From NCBI GenBank assembly GCA_902385255.1, contig CABMEV010000010.1:64114-128113 (forward strand): a DNA stretch of 64,000 nt, read 5' to 3'. Both the position numbers and the translations under genes were made by a program. Source of the DNA: Candidatus Tiddalikarchaeum anstoanum. Lineage in GTDB: Archaea > Nanobdellota > Nanobdellia > Tiddalikarchaeales > Tiddalikarchaeaceae. This document shows positions 10,712 through 20,295 of this stretch, in pieces; position 1 is the first letter of the stretch, and every line of letters begins with the position of its first letter. Under the pieces are notes generated by a model, which was given only the letters and a program-made list of their open reading frames with translations, was not told the origin of the DNA and ran no database searches.

Positions 10712-12328
10712 ATGGATATATACATGATTTATCCGGTTTTGCTTCTTATAACAATTATAACTCCTTTTGTAATAATCGGACTGGTTTTCAGGAACAAATC
10801 AAGGCTCGTAAAATTATTTATCCTGGTTCTTTTATGCTTATCAGGCTGGTCTTTTTTCACTTTTTTTGAAATATTGTCCCCAGTCTACAAACCGTTAATC
10901 TACGAGTTTAGCTTCATTTTCAGGACGGCGGTTTCGCCGCTTATGCTGGTATTTGTTTTGGAATTTACAGGAAGAACAAAACTGGTAAATAAGAAATTAA
11001 TCATTGCATTATCACTCTTCTATGCAGCAGTCATAGTTTTATTATTAACCAACAATTATCACAAATTATTCTTGAATTCAATATCCTTAGTCAACCTGCC
11101 TTATGATACAGTAGTAACAGAATCTGTTAAAGGCCCGCTTTTTAATGCATACTTGGCGTATAATTATTCCCTTTTAATAATAGCCTGTTTTATACTATTA
11201 GATTTTATAGTGAATAAAAAAGGGTCGTACAAAGGGGGTTTAATCATCCTTTTAGGTTTATTGATGCCTTTTGCAGCAAACGTATTAACAAATATTTTTC
11301 CAGACATTTTTAATGTCAAACTTGATTTGACTGTGTTGTTTTTTATGGTAACTGAAATACTTTTCCTGGTTGCCGTTAGTTTTTTCAAGCTTATACCTCT
11401 TAGCCGCAACATGGTTTTTGATTTCATCGACGACTCGATTTTTATATTAAACGATGAAGATGTAGTTATTGATTTTAACAAGAATGCTAAAAGGATGATA
11501 GATGAGAAAATAATCAATTATAATTCAGATAAGATTACGGGCGTGAAGATTAACGACTTATTTGGTTCAATTAATTATAAGGGGGAAAACATCATTTTTT
11601 CCGCAAAACAAAAAAGTTATTTCATAGAACAGACACCAATATTTACCAATTCTGAAGTTATAGGTAAACTGCTACGCATCAAGGATATCACATATATGCA
11701 AAAAATTGAAAATTTGACAAAGGACAAGGAGATTAGTGATTTGAAGGATAAATTTGTTTTGTTGATGATTCATGACTTGAAGCAGCCATTAACCCCTATA
11801 ATAGGTTTCTCTGAACTTTTAAAGGAGAGTGCGAATCCTAAACAGAAAGAGTATTCTGACAAGATATTATCCAATGCCTACAAACTAAAGGATATAACTG
11901 AGAAGGTTATAAATTCATTAAAATTCACGGCTGAGACATATGAAAAAACAGATGAGAAAAATTATCTTTCAGAAATAGTAGACGGTGTGCTGGATTCTTT
12001 AGAAACTAGCATAGCTTCGCATAAGGTGAAGATTTTAAAAAAAATTGACAAGATAATGATATCTTATGATTCAAGCGTATTTTCGAAAGTCTTGTCCAAA
12101 ATACTTGAGGATTTAATAAGCGCCAGCCAAGCAGGTAATATTGTTGGTATAGAAAGTTCTGAAGACTCAAAAAACATTTATGTTAATATAAAATTTAAAA
12201 TCAATAGCACTTTCATAAATGATTTGGAGTTTGAAATAATCAAGAGGAAATTGTCAGTTATAAATGTCATATTTGAATTAAAAGATAATGAAATGATAAT
12301 AACACTCCCAAAATCGGGAAAAGCTTAA
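10712..12328 (+). CDS. HisKA_7TM-PAS-HisKA sensor with degenerate catalytic (HATPase) domain
   Basis: N-terminal 7TM region (FVLEFTG, LLLTNNYHKLF, KGPLF), PAS (FDFIDDSIFILN...DFNKNA), H-box IHDLKQPLTPIIG; no N/G1/F/G2 boxes recognised. Confidence 0.85.
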   Translation: MDIYMIYPVLLLITIITPFVIIGLVFRNKSRLVKLFILVLLCLSGWSFFTFFEILSPVYKPLIYEFSFIFRTAVSPLMLVFVLEFTGRTKLVNKKLIIALSLFYAAVIVLLLTNNYHKLFLNSISLVNLPYDTVVTESVKGPLFNAYLAYNYSLLIIACFILLDFIVNKKGSYKGGLIILLGLLMPFAANVLTNIFPDIFNVKLDLTVLFFMVTEILFLVAVSFFKLIPLSRNMVFDFIDDSIFILNDEDVVIDFNKNAKRMIDEKIINYNSDKITGVKINDLFGSINYKGENIIFSAKQKSYFIEQTPIFTNSEVIGKLLRIKDITYMQKIENLTKDKEISDLKDKFVLLMIHDLKQPLTPIIGFSELLKESANPKQKEYSDKILSNAYKLKDITEKVINSLKFTAETYEKTDEKNYLSEIVDGVLDSLETSIASHKVKILKKIDKIMISYDSSVFSKVLSKILEDLISASQAGNIVGIESSEDSKNIYVNIKFKINSTFINDLEFEIIKRKLSVINVIFELKDNEMIITLPKSGKA

Positions 12329-12381
12329 GAAAAATTTATTAAACATAGAGTACATTAAAACTGTTAAGAGATGTTTGAATA

Positions 12382-12777
12382 TTGAAATTTCTTGTTGTAG
12401 ATGATGAAGAAGATATACGCTTATTAATAACGACGTGGCTCAAAAGAAAAGGTTATGACTACATAACCGCAGTTAACGGTGATGACTGCATCACTAAATT
12501 AACAAAAGATATAGATATAATATTATTGGATATAATAATGCCAGGGCTTAAGGCTAAAGATGTGATTGACGGCATTAAAAAGAAGAATCCAAATGTGAGA
12601 GTAATATACTTAACAAGTGTGAAACCCTTCAATGTAACTCAGGAGCAGGAGAAAAAAGGCTTAGTTCCGGTAATAGAACCGCCAATTATAGGTTATATTG
12701 AGAAGCCGCTGGACGAGAAAACTTTCTTTTCAAGAATAGACGACGCGTTAAAGATGAAGAAGTTCTTGAAAAAATAA
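12382..12777 (+). CDS. Stand-alone response regulator receiver domain
   Basis: VVDDE, LLDIIMPG, YLTS, IEKP; TTG start. Confidence 0.9.
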   Translation: MKFLVVDDEEDIRLLITTWLKRKGYDYITAVNGDDCITKLTKDIDIILLDIIMPGLKAKDVIDGIKKKNPNVRVIYLTSVKPFNVTQEQEKKGLVPVIEPPIIGYIEKPLDEKTFFSRIDDALKMKKFLKK

Positions 12778-12784
12778 AATAATT

Positions 12785-13360
12785 TTATCTGAGGAATCCC
12801 TCTTTTTTCAATATTAATCTTCCTAATTCGTCAAGACTTGAATAATAACAGATATTATGAATGTCATCTTCGAAGTTAGACGGCAGTTTCTGGCTTATGC
12901 ACCTTTCATCAATAAAGAGATGAATATTTCTCAATTTCTTATCCTTGAATGCACCATATTTCTGATGATATTTGATAAAAGAGAGTTCTATTAAACTGCC
13001 TGGCGAGAATCCGAGGCATATAATACACAACGCCTGCTTTGTCAACTCAGCGTTTAATTTATACCAGTCGCCGTCAATAGGCCTAGTTTCATACTTTTCG
13101 AAATTCTTCTTCAAGTGCTCATAACCATAATAAGTATCTTTGTCAGGGTAGTAACCGATTGGTTTCTTTTTCTTAATCTCGCCGAACTTTAATGCAATAT
13201 CCGTATAAACACCATCGTCAGGAGCGACTATTATGTTGTCAAAGACTTTAGCCAGGAACTTTGCATAATCATAAACGAAATTTTGGTAATCCTCCTTTTT
13301 TATTCCGCCTAAATTCCACAATACTTGCCTGTCAGATAACCCTATCAAGACTGCATCCAT
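12785..13360 (-). CDS. Hypothetical protein, possibly SLOG/LOG-like Rossmann fold
   Basis: Clean 191-aa ORF; IICLGFSPGSLIEL resembles the LOG/SLOG GGxGTLxEL motif. Confidence 0.5.
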   Translation of the reverse strand: MDAVLIGLSDRQVLWNLGGIKKEDYQNFVYDYAKFLAKVFDNIIVAPDDGVYTDIALKFGEIKKKKPIGYYPDKDTYYGYEHLKKNFEKYETRPIDGDWYKLNAELTKQALCIICLGFSPGSLIELSFIKYHQKYGAFKDKKLRNIHLFIDERCISQKLPSNFEDDIHNICYYSSLDELGRLILKKEGFLR

Positions 13361-13414
13361 AAAGTACTAACTAACATGCTCTATTTTTAAATAACCTATT
13401 TATCAACTAATCAT

Positions 13415-14698
13415 ATGATATTCGCAGATTTTCACATACACTCAAAATACAGCCGCGCAACAAGCAGCACCATGGACATCAAGCACTTATCAGAGTACGG
13501 TTCTATGAAGGGATTAAACGTTATAGGAACAGGAGATTTCACGCACCCAAAATGGAGAAGCGAGATAAAAAGAGACACTGAATACTTAGGCAAAGGAATT
13601 TACAAAAGCAGGTTCAATAATATGAGGTTTGTGCTCTCAAGCGAGATAGCAACAATATACTCCCAGGGCGATTCTGTCAGGAAGATACACCATATAATAA
13701 TACTGCCTGACTTTGAAATAGTTGAACAATTCGTGGATAACTTAAGCAGGAAATTATTGGCATCAAATAAGAAAGCCAACTTCACAAGCGACGGGAGGCC
13801 AATAATAGGGATGAGCAGTTTGGAGCTTTGCGACACGCTGTTTTCAACTTATGATAAAGCACTCTTAATACCTGCTCATATATGGACTCCATGGTTCAGC
13901 CTGTTTGGAAGCGGAAGCGGATTTGACAAGATAGAAGACTGCTACGGCAAGTACACTAAGAATATTTTTGCATTAGAGACGGGACTGTCATCCGACCCAT
14001 TGATGAACTGGAGACTGTCACAGATAGCGGATAAGACATTAATCAGCAACAGCGACTGCCACGGCCCGTTCGTTGACAGGATAGGACGGGAGTGCAACGT
14101 TTTTGATACAACGCTTGACGCTTTCAACTATGACTACTTATATGACGCATTAAAGAATAAGAAATTAGCATTCACTGTAGAGGTTGACCCAAGTTACGGC
14201 AAGTACCATTTCGACGGACATAGGAACTGCAACATCTGCTTTACGCCAAAAGAGAGCATACAACATAAGAATATCTGCCCGGTATGCAGGCGCAAGTTAA
14301 CAATAGGAGTGCTTCACAGGGTTGAGGAACTCGCTGACAAACCTGAAGGTTACAAGCCTCTAAATGCAGTGCCTTTCCAGTACCACGTTCCGCTCATAGA
14401 AATAATAGCTGCACTGACTGGTAAAGGAATCGGAACCAAGGGAGTGAAGGAACAGTATTTTGAATTAATCAAAAAATACGGCAACGAGTTTAACATAATG
14501 TTCAACCTGTCTGTTAATGAGATAGAAAGTTCATTTACAGGGCTTGGGAAAATAATACAATCACTCAGGGATAAGACTATGAAGGTAACGCCAGGTTATG
14601 ACGGCGTGTACGGAGTTCCAGGTATAGGAACTTTGAAAGATAAACCTTCTAAAACAGTTAAAACACCCCAAAAAAGCATTTTAGAATTCCAAAAGTAA
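13415..14698 (+). CDS. Endonuclease Q family protein (PHP domain plus Zn finger)
   Basis: DFHIHSKYSRATS, GTGDFTHP, PAHIWTPWFS, ETGLSSD, SNSDCH, GKYH...CNIC...CPVC, GVLHRVEEL, PGYDGVYG. Confidence 0.92.
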   Translation: MIFADFHIHSKYSRATSSTMDIKHLSEYGSMKGLNVIGTGDFTHPKWRSEIKRDTEYLGKGIYKSRFNNMRFVLSSEIATIYSQGDSVRKIHHIIILPDFEIVEQFVDNLSRKLLASNKKANFTSDGRPIIGMSSLELCDTLFSTYDKALLIPAHIWTPWFSLFGSGSGFDKIEDCYGKYTKNIFALETGLSSDPLMNWRLSQIADKTLISNSDCHGPFVDRIGRECNVFDTTLDAFNYDYLYDALKNKKLAFTVEVDPSYGKYHFDGHRNCNICFTPKESIQHKNICPVCRRKLTIGVLHRVEELADKPEGYKPLNAVPFQYHVPLIEIIAALTGKGIGTKGVKEQYFELIKKYGNEFNIMFNLSVNEIESSFTGLGKIIQSLRDKTMKVTPGYDGVYGVPGIGTLKDKPSKTVKTPQKSILEFQK

Positions 14699-14732
14699 TG
14701 TTTTTAAACAGGTTTTTTCCTATATTTGAAAG

Positions 14733-15575
14733 ATGACTTTAAGGGATATTTTGTACACAACATCCAATGAGATAACTAATATTAAAGATAATATTTCAGA
14801 ATATTCTGCAACTTCTCAAAAATACACTGACTGCCTTGTTAATATGCAGAGAATAAATTACATATTAGATTTGGACAGGGGAAAGAAAGAAGGTTTATTG
14901 GATAAGTTTCACAGCCTAAACATTTCAAGGATTACACCTATTAAGGGAAGAGGATATCTTCAGAACATAATTGGCGAACTTGAGGAAGTTCAAACGGTTT
15001 TCGAGGAAGAAGTTCCGGAATTTAATGATACTTTAAATCGGATTATTTCATCATATCATAACAATGAGATAAGCGATGATAACGCATGTCTTATACTAAT
15101 GACTAATTGGCTGGCTAATTCGAATTATAGAGATGATTTAGTATTGACTGAAATTATGGAATATATGAATCTTGCTAAGATTAATTCTGCAAGAACTGCA
15201 GTAGAGATGCTTGGAACTAACTCTTTCAATGAAGATTTGCAGGAAAAATTTAATTATTTTATTGAAAACTTAAGCAATACGCTCAGGGGAACTAAATTGA
15301 CTTTTTTATATCCGGAACCGGAACTTAAAACAAGTCAAAAAATTAAGCCAAGCTCTATATTAAACGCACCTGTTAATACTACTTTTGAAAATTTAGAAAT
15401 AAATTTTGACTTTATTAACGATGATGTTCCTGTTAAGAATTACAGAATAATGGAGAATGATAACTTAGTTGCAGAGATTAACCCTGCCGTAACAGCCATA
15501 CTTCACGAAAATAATCATGCAAAAATCGTAAGCCTTACTAACTTATTGGATTTTATTATGCCAAGATTAAACTGA
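14733..15575 (+). CDS. Hypothetical protein
   Basis: 280-aa ORF with an upstream TTTTAAA box; no recognised motif. Confidence 0.7.
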   Translation: MTLRDILYTTSNEITNIKDNISEYSATSQKYTDCLVNMQRINYILDLDRGKKEGLLDKFHSLNISRITPIKGRGYLQNIIGELEEVQTVFEEEVPEFNDTLNRIISSYHNNEISDDNACLILMTNWLANSNYRDDLVLTEIMEYMNLAKINSARTAVEMLGTNSFNEDLQEKFNYFIENLSNTLRGTKLTFLYPEPELKTSQKIKPSSILNAPVNTTFENLEINFDFINDDVPVKNYRIMENDNLVAEINPAVTAILHENNHAKIVSLTNLLDFIMPRLN

Positions 15576-15586
15576 AAATCCCTGTT

Positions 15587-16258
15587 TTAATCTTTAATTT
15601 CTAATTTTTTTTCAGGAAATTTTTCTTTCAATGTATTAATTAGCGTATCTTCACTTATACCTGAAAGGTCAATTATTACTGTTTTTGACATATCTAAATT
15701 CATTAGCTGCATTAAATTTCTTATTAAATTATTTATTTTTTTAGTATATTCAGTTATTTCAGTATTAGTGAATATAAAGAGAGTTTTGCTGGAAAGGCGA
15801 TTGATTCCGTGTCTTGTTTTAGCATAATTATGTTTTATTTCAAACCGTTCAATGCTTTCTTTTTTAATCTCGTATTTTCCGACTCTGTCTGAAACTATTA
15901 TTCTGTTGTTTGTTATGTCATAGATTTCGTTATATCTGGCTTTATTTATTGCAAGCACGTCCAAAACTATAAGTAATAAAACACTTCCAAAAATAATATA
16001 TTTCATAGTTATAACAACGCCGAGTGCGGCTTCAGGAGTTCCTTCAATATTTCCTGAAGCAAAACTAAAAATTGTTTTTAAAACAAGCCCCATTTCACTC
16101 AAGAAATTAGTATTGTTTGCTATGCTATTATTTTCATTTATTGCCTGGATTTTAGAGTCAAAATCCATTAATGAAAATACAGTCACAAGCACTGTCAATG
16201 CCGCAGTTAGAAAAATAATTAGAAATATATCAGGATATTTAGACCTTTTAATTATCAT
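15587..16258 (-). CDS. Hypothetical membrane protein (2 TM plus soluble C-terminal domain)
   Basis: 223-aa ORF; two hydrophobic stretches followed by a beta-rich tail (YDITNNRIIV). Confidence 0.65.
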   Translation of the reverse strand: MIIKRSKYPDIFLIIFLTAALTVLVTVFSLMDFDSKIQAINENNSIANNTNFLSEMGLVLKTIFSFASGNIEGTPEAALGVVITMKYIIFGSVLLLIVLDVLAINKARYNEIYDITNNRIIVSDRVGKYEIKKESIERFEIKHNYAKTRHGINRLSSKTLFIFTNTEITEYTKKINNLIRNLMQLMNLDMSKTVIIDLSGISEDTLINTLKEKFPEKKLEIKD

Positions 16259-16263
16259 TTTCT

Positions 16264-16596
16264 TTATGCCTTTAATCCGTGCATGCTTGACAATCTCCAG
16301 ATTGAGATTGTGACAAGCAAAAAGAATATTGTGAATATTGCACTATTCAGCATCTCGGGAAGTATTCCGCCAATGGTTAACAACCCGTGAGCTATGCCGG
16401 CTAAGCTTCCAAAAAGAAGTAGGGTAAATCCTTCACGCCAGCGCCTGATAATGCTGCGCTTTAAGCTTCTCTTGCTGATGGTGAGGATTATTATCCCGAA
16501 TATTACTTCTAACACGTTATATATTAGCTTAAGATTGGTGAATGCCAGTGCGAGTATTATGACAATAAAAGCTATGTAGAAAATGTTATAGTTCAT
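16264..16596 (-). CDS. Small hypothetical membrane protein (about 4 TM)
   Basis: Hydrophobic ORF; ATG 16596 preferred over TTG 16617; 5 bp upstream of the next gene. Confidence 0.6.
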   Translation of the reverse strand: MNYNIFYIAFIVIILALAFTNLKLIYNVLEVIFGIIILTISKRSLKRSIIRRWREGFTLLLFGSLAGIAHGLLTIGGILPEMLNSAIFTIFFLLVTISIWRLSSMHGLKA

Positions 16597-16650
16597 ATCT
16601 TTAGTTAAAAAATCCAATTTTATAAATATTAGCTGTTTATTAAAAAAACA

Positions 16651-17184
16651 ATGAATGGGCTTATATTATTAATAATAGTATTGAACATTTTTGGGATAAT
16701 ACTCGGGCTGGACGCCTATTATTACCAGCTGACAACTACGCCCTTCATGTTCTGGATTTTCGTTATAGACTGCCCTCTTGCAGCGATACTTTTTTTATTG
16801 TACCTGATGGGTTTGACTAATCCTTATTTTGAAGCCATAATGAGATGTTATGCCCTAAAATACGGAATCTGGACTATTATAGTAATATTCTCATCGTCCG
16901 AGTTCTTAAATTACTCTTTCACATGGGTGAACTTATTGCTGCACGCTGGTTTAATAATTGAATCCTTCACTTTTATGAAAAAAAGATTAGCAGCCAAGCA
17001 TTTTATACCTGCGCTAATAATACTTTTAACGAATGATTTTTTGGACTACGTTATAGGCATCCATCCTCCAATTAACAACTCATTATTTTTCGAAACAGCA
17101 TTTTTTACGGTATTCTTGTCAATATTTTCAGTTGCTGTGTTCGTATTGTTCTATAAAAATAATAAAAATATTAAGTTAGAATAA
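16651..17184 (+). CDS. DUF1405-family membrane protein
   Basis: YYYQL...FVIDCPLA, KYGIWT, NDFLDY...HP pattern. Confidence 0.75.
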   Translation: MNGLILLIIVLNIFGIILGLDAYYYQLTTTPFMFWIFVIDCPLAAILFLLYLMGLTNPYFEAIMRCYALKYGIWTIIVIFSSSEFLNYSFTWVNLLLHAGLIIESFTFMKKRLAAKHFIPALIILLTNDFLDYVIGIHPPINNSLFFETAFFTVFLSIFSVAVFVLFYKNNKNIKLE

Positions 17185-17191
17185 ATTTTTT

Positions 17192-17434
17192 TTACTTCTT
17201 TTTTGGTGCAGTTTTCTTTTCTTCCTTAACCCAGCTTGGTGCGGTTTCACTGACTATTATCGCATTCTCCGGACAGTTAGCTTCGCAGGCATGGCATCCT
17301 ATGCAGTCAGCAGGTCTTGCAATCTTTGGGTAATCTTTGTCAGAGACTTTGTCGAATACTGTTACTGGGCAAACGCTTACGCAGGTAAAATGTTTCTTGC
17401 ACTTCTTGACATCTATATAAGGCCTTACTCCCAT
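17192..17434 (-). CDS. 4Fe-4S dicluster-type ferredoxin
   Basis: CKKHFTCVSVCP and CIGCHACEANCP. Confidence 0.9.
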   Translation of the reverse strand: MGVRPYIDVKKCKKHFTCVSVCPVTVFDKVSDKDYPKIARPADCIGCHACEANCPENAIIVSETAPSWVKEEKKTAPKKK

Positions 17435-17436
17435 AT

Positions 17437-19692
17437 TTAGTGTTCACACTCCTTATTTATGCAGGACTCCTCATCATTTATAAGTATTATCGGGCTGCCG
17501 CACTTTTTGCATTTCTTCTCTGTAAATTTCAATTCATCCTTCTGGTTTAACCCGTACAACTTTTTGCAGTTCGGGTAATTTGAGCATCCTACAAATCTCG
17601 AACCCCTGTTTGAGAACATGAGCCTTAATGCGTTTTTGCACTCAGGGCATTCGCCAACTATCCTGGTCTTGCAATTCTTCTCAAGGCAGCACTCGAATCC
17701 TTTTTTGCCTACTTTGACAATAGGCGAGCCGCACGTGCACGTCTTGTCTGAGAATTCGTAAACTCCCCTTGGCAGGCTGTAAATGCTTGTGCATTTCGGA
17801 TAATTTGAGCACCCTACGAATTCCTGCCCGTTCTTCTTGCTGTACATTATTATAAGATTAGAGCCGCACTTTCTGCACTTTCCTACAACTTTTCCAACAT
17901 TGCTCTGCTCTTTCCACATTTCTTCAAGCGCGGCGTTCAACTCTTTGCCTATTACTTCCTCATTATCCTTGAAGGTGTTGCTGATATCTATTATTATCTC
18001 CTCAGCCTGGGACATTACTTCTTCTTTTGTCTCCTTCTTGTCCTGAATCTTATCCATCAATTTTTCGAAATGCCTTGTTAAATCCTCGCTTATTATCTTT
18101 GGGCAGAACTTCTCCAATGTTCTTATCACTCCGATTCCTAGTTTCGTTACAGTTATGCTTTCGCCAGTAATGTATCCCCTATCCTCCAGCGTCTTTACAA
18201 CATCCGCCCTTGTCGCCTTGGTTCCAATATCCCTTTTTTCCATCTCTGCAACTATACCTGCCTGAGTGTACCTGTTAGGAGGCAGTGTCTGTTTCTTTTC
18301 ATCACTCACCTTATCAATTGATACAATCTCCCCTTCCTTAACGTCAGGGAGTTCGAACTCCTTAGTTAGAGCATACTTTCCGTAATATTTCATCCATCCC
18401 TTTTCAATAATTATGCTTCCGTTCGAGACGAAAACGTGGTCCTTCACGCTTATCTTGATGTTAGTATTATTTTTTATTGCATCCTCCGCGAAGCATGACA
18501 AGAATCGTCTTACTATCAGGTCGTACACGTTCTTGTCCTGTATAGTTAAGCCATGAGGCGCTTCGCCTGTCGGGTGTATTGCCGTATGGGCCTGGTCGTC
18601 TTTCTTGCCCTCGAAAGGTTTTAAGTATTTCTTGCCAAGGAGTTCGCTGCATTCTCTTTTGTAAAACTCCTGCTTTTTCAGATTCCCGATAATCTTGGCG
18701 TAGCCTATCTTCTCAGGGAGTTTTTGGGAGCTTGTTCTTGGATAACTTATGAGTGCTGAAGTGTAAAGTTTTTGCGCAATCTTCTGCGTATTGTAAGGGT
18801 TGTACTTGAACTGCTTGTACGCCTCAGTCTGGAGGTTCGTAAGGTTGAACGGTACTGGAGGATTTAATTTGACCTCTTTCTTGGTGACGCTTTTTACTGT
18901 TCCTGTCTTTTCATTCCTGCAGTCCTCTTCGATTTTTTTCGCAGCTTCGAAATCGAATATTTTGTCTTTCTCATGCTCCGCCAAGTACTCCTTGTTCCAT
19001 ATTATGCTTAAGTCCCAGTAATCCATGGGAATAAATTTTCCAATTTCGTCCTCTTTATCAGTCAGCATTTTCAGTGTCGGGCCCTGCACTCTTCCGGTGC
19101 TGAGCACCTTAAAGCCTCCGCCTCTTGCTTTCTTGAGGCATATCGTTAAAGCCCTTGTCAGGTTTATTCCATACATCCAGTCAAGGTGGTGTCTTGCAAG
19201 GCCTGCATTTATCATGCCCATGTCAATGTTTTCCCTTTTATTCTCGAAGCTTTGGAGAAGCTCCTCTTTTGTCAGGGTTGTGAAGTACATCCGTTCCGCC
19301 TCTTTCCTGTTGCAGATGAATCTTAATATGTTGTAAGCGATGACGCTGCCTTCTATATCCCAGTCAGTTGCTACTATGAATTTGTCTGCTTTCTTGGCCA
19401 ATGCTTCCATATTCTTATAATATTTTTTTGTAAACAGTGCTTTCTTGTCAGCCTCGAAAGTTGGCACCCACTCATTCTCAAATATAGGGTAAGTCCAGCC
19501 TTTGCCGTTGACGTGCTTTAATACGAATAAGTGGCCGACTGCGGGCGAGACAATTATTCCCTCATTATTCTTCTTTAACTCGTAATACCTGACACCATCC
19601 TTCTTATGCTCTTTTAACGTTCCCGAATCGGCAAGTGCGGAAGCTATCTTCTCTGCAGCATCAGGTTTTTCAGCGATTATGAGTGTGGACAT
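17437..19692 (-). CDS. topA: DNA topoisomerase I (type IA) with C-terminal Zn ribbons
   Basis: IIAEKP TOPRIM, ATDWDIEG, STGRVQGP, catalytic ISYPRT, AHTAIHPT, IGTKATRA, repeated GCSNYPxC. Confidence 0.96.
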   Translation of the reverse strand: MSTLIIAEKPDAAEKIASALADSGTLKEHKKDGVRYYELKKNNEGIIVSPAVGHLFVLKHVNGKGWTYPIFENEWVPTFEADKKALFTKKYYKNMEALAKKADKFIVATDWDIEGSVIAYNILRFICNRKEAERMYFTTLTKEELLQSFENKRENIDMGMINAGLARHHLDWMYGINLTRALTICLKKARGGGFKVLSTGRVQGPTLKMLTDKEDEIGKFIPMDYWDLSIIWNKEYLAEHEKDKIFDFEAAKKIEEDCRNEKTGTVKSVTKKEVKLNPPVPFNLTNLQTEAYKQFKYNPYNTQKIAQKLYTSALISYPRTSSQKLPEKIGYAKIIGNLKKQEFYKRECSELLGKKYLKPFEGKKDDQAHTAIHPTGEAPHGLTIQDKNVYDLIVRRFLSCFAEDAIKNNTNIKISVKDHVFVSNGSIIIEKGWMKYYGKYALTKEFELPDVKEGEIVSIDKVSDEKKQTLPPNRYTQAGIVAEMEKRDIGTKATRADVVKTLEDRGYITGESITVTKLGIGVIRTLEKFCPKIISEDLTRHFEKLMDKIQDKKETKEEVMSQAEEIIIDISNTFKDNEEVIGKELNAALEEMWKEQSNVGKVVGKCRKCGSNLIIMYSKKNGQEFVGCSNYPKCTSIYSLPRGVYEFSDKTCTCGSPIVKVGKKGFECCLEKNCKTRIVGECPECKNALRLMFSNRGSRFVGCSNYPNCKKLYGLNQKDELKFTEKKCKKCGSPIILINDEESCINKECEH

Positions 19693-19795
19693 TGAAATAG
19701 TACATTTATTAACAACTATTTAAATTCTACCTTTTTTTTTACCCTGTTTAGTGGTGGAAAAGTTATTTAAGGTGAATATTTTTCTAAAATGAGTT

Positions 19796-20287
19796 ATGCA
19801 AGAGGGTCTTGAAACATTAATACAATTGCTGCCGAAGGATTTTGACGGCAAAAAGTACAAGGTAAAAGACACATTATTTCGCAAAAGATTAGAGGTTAAT
19901 ATAGAAAGATATGAAAATGCTATTGCTGCGTTTTGGTATGATTGGTCAACGTTTAAAGAATCTTCAAAGAGTGATAAGATATTCTATGACAACGTAGGCA
20001 AGCGCGCTTCTGCCGAGTGGATTTGGGACCTTCCTAATAAGATTGCAGATTTCACAAGCACTTACACGTTTATGGTTAATACTAGATTCACTATTTCGAA
20101 ACCAGAAGGCAATTTAAATTATTTCATAGTCAAGCCAGAGAATTCAGTGTACGAATCTCTTTTTGGAATATTCAAGATAGACCCTGTCGTTTTCTTATGC
20201 TTTGATGATAAAGACTTAAAAAGTATTCTTGAAAAAATAAAAATTCCAGAGAAAAAATTAGAACAAATTAATACAATGTATCAATAA
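19796..20287 (+). CDS. Hypothetical protein
   Basis: 163-aa ORF with an upstream TATTTAA box; no recognised motif. Confidence 0.65.
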   Translation: MQEGLETLIQLLPKDFDGKKYKVKDTLFRKRLEVNIERYENAIAAFWYDWSTFKESSKSDKIFYDNVGKRASAEWIWDLPNKIADFTSTYTFMVNTRFTISKPEGNLNYFIVKPENSVYESLFGIFKIDPVVFLCFDDKDLKSILEKIKIPEKKLEQINTMYQ

Positions 20288-20295
20288 AAAAATAT

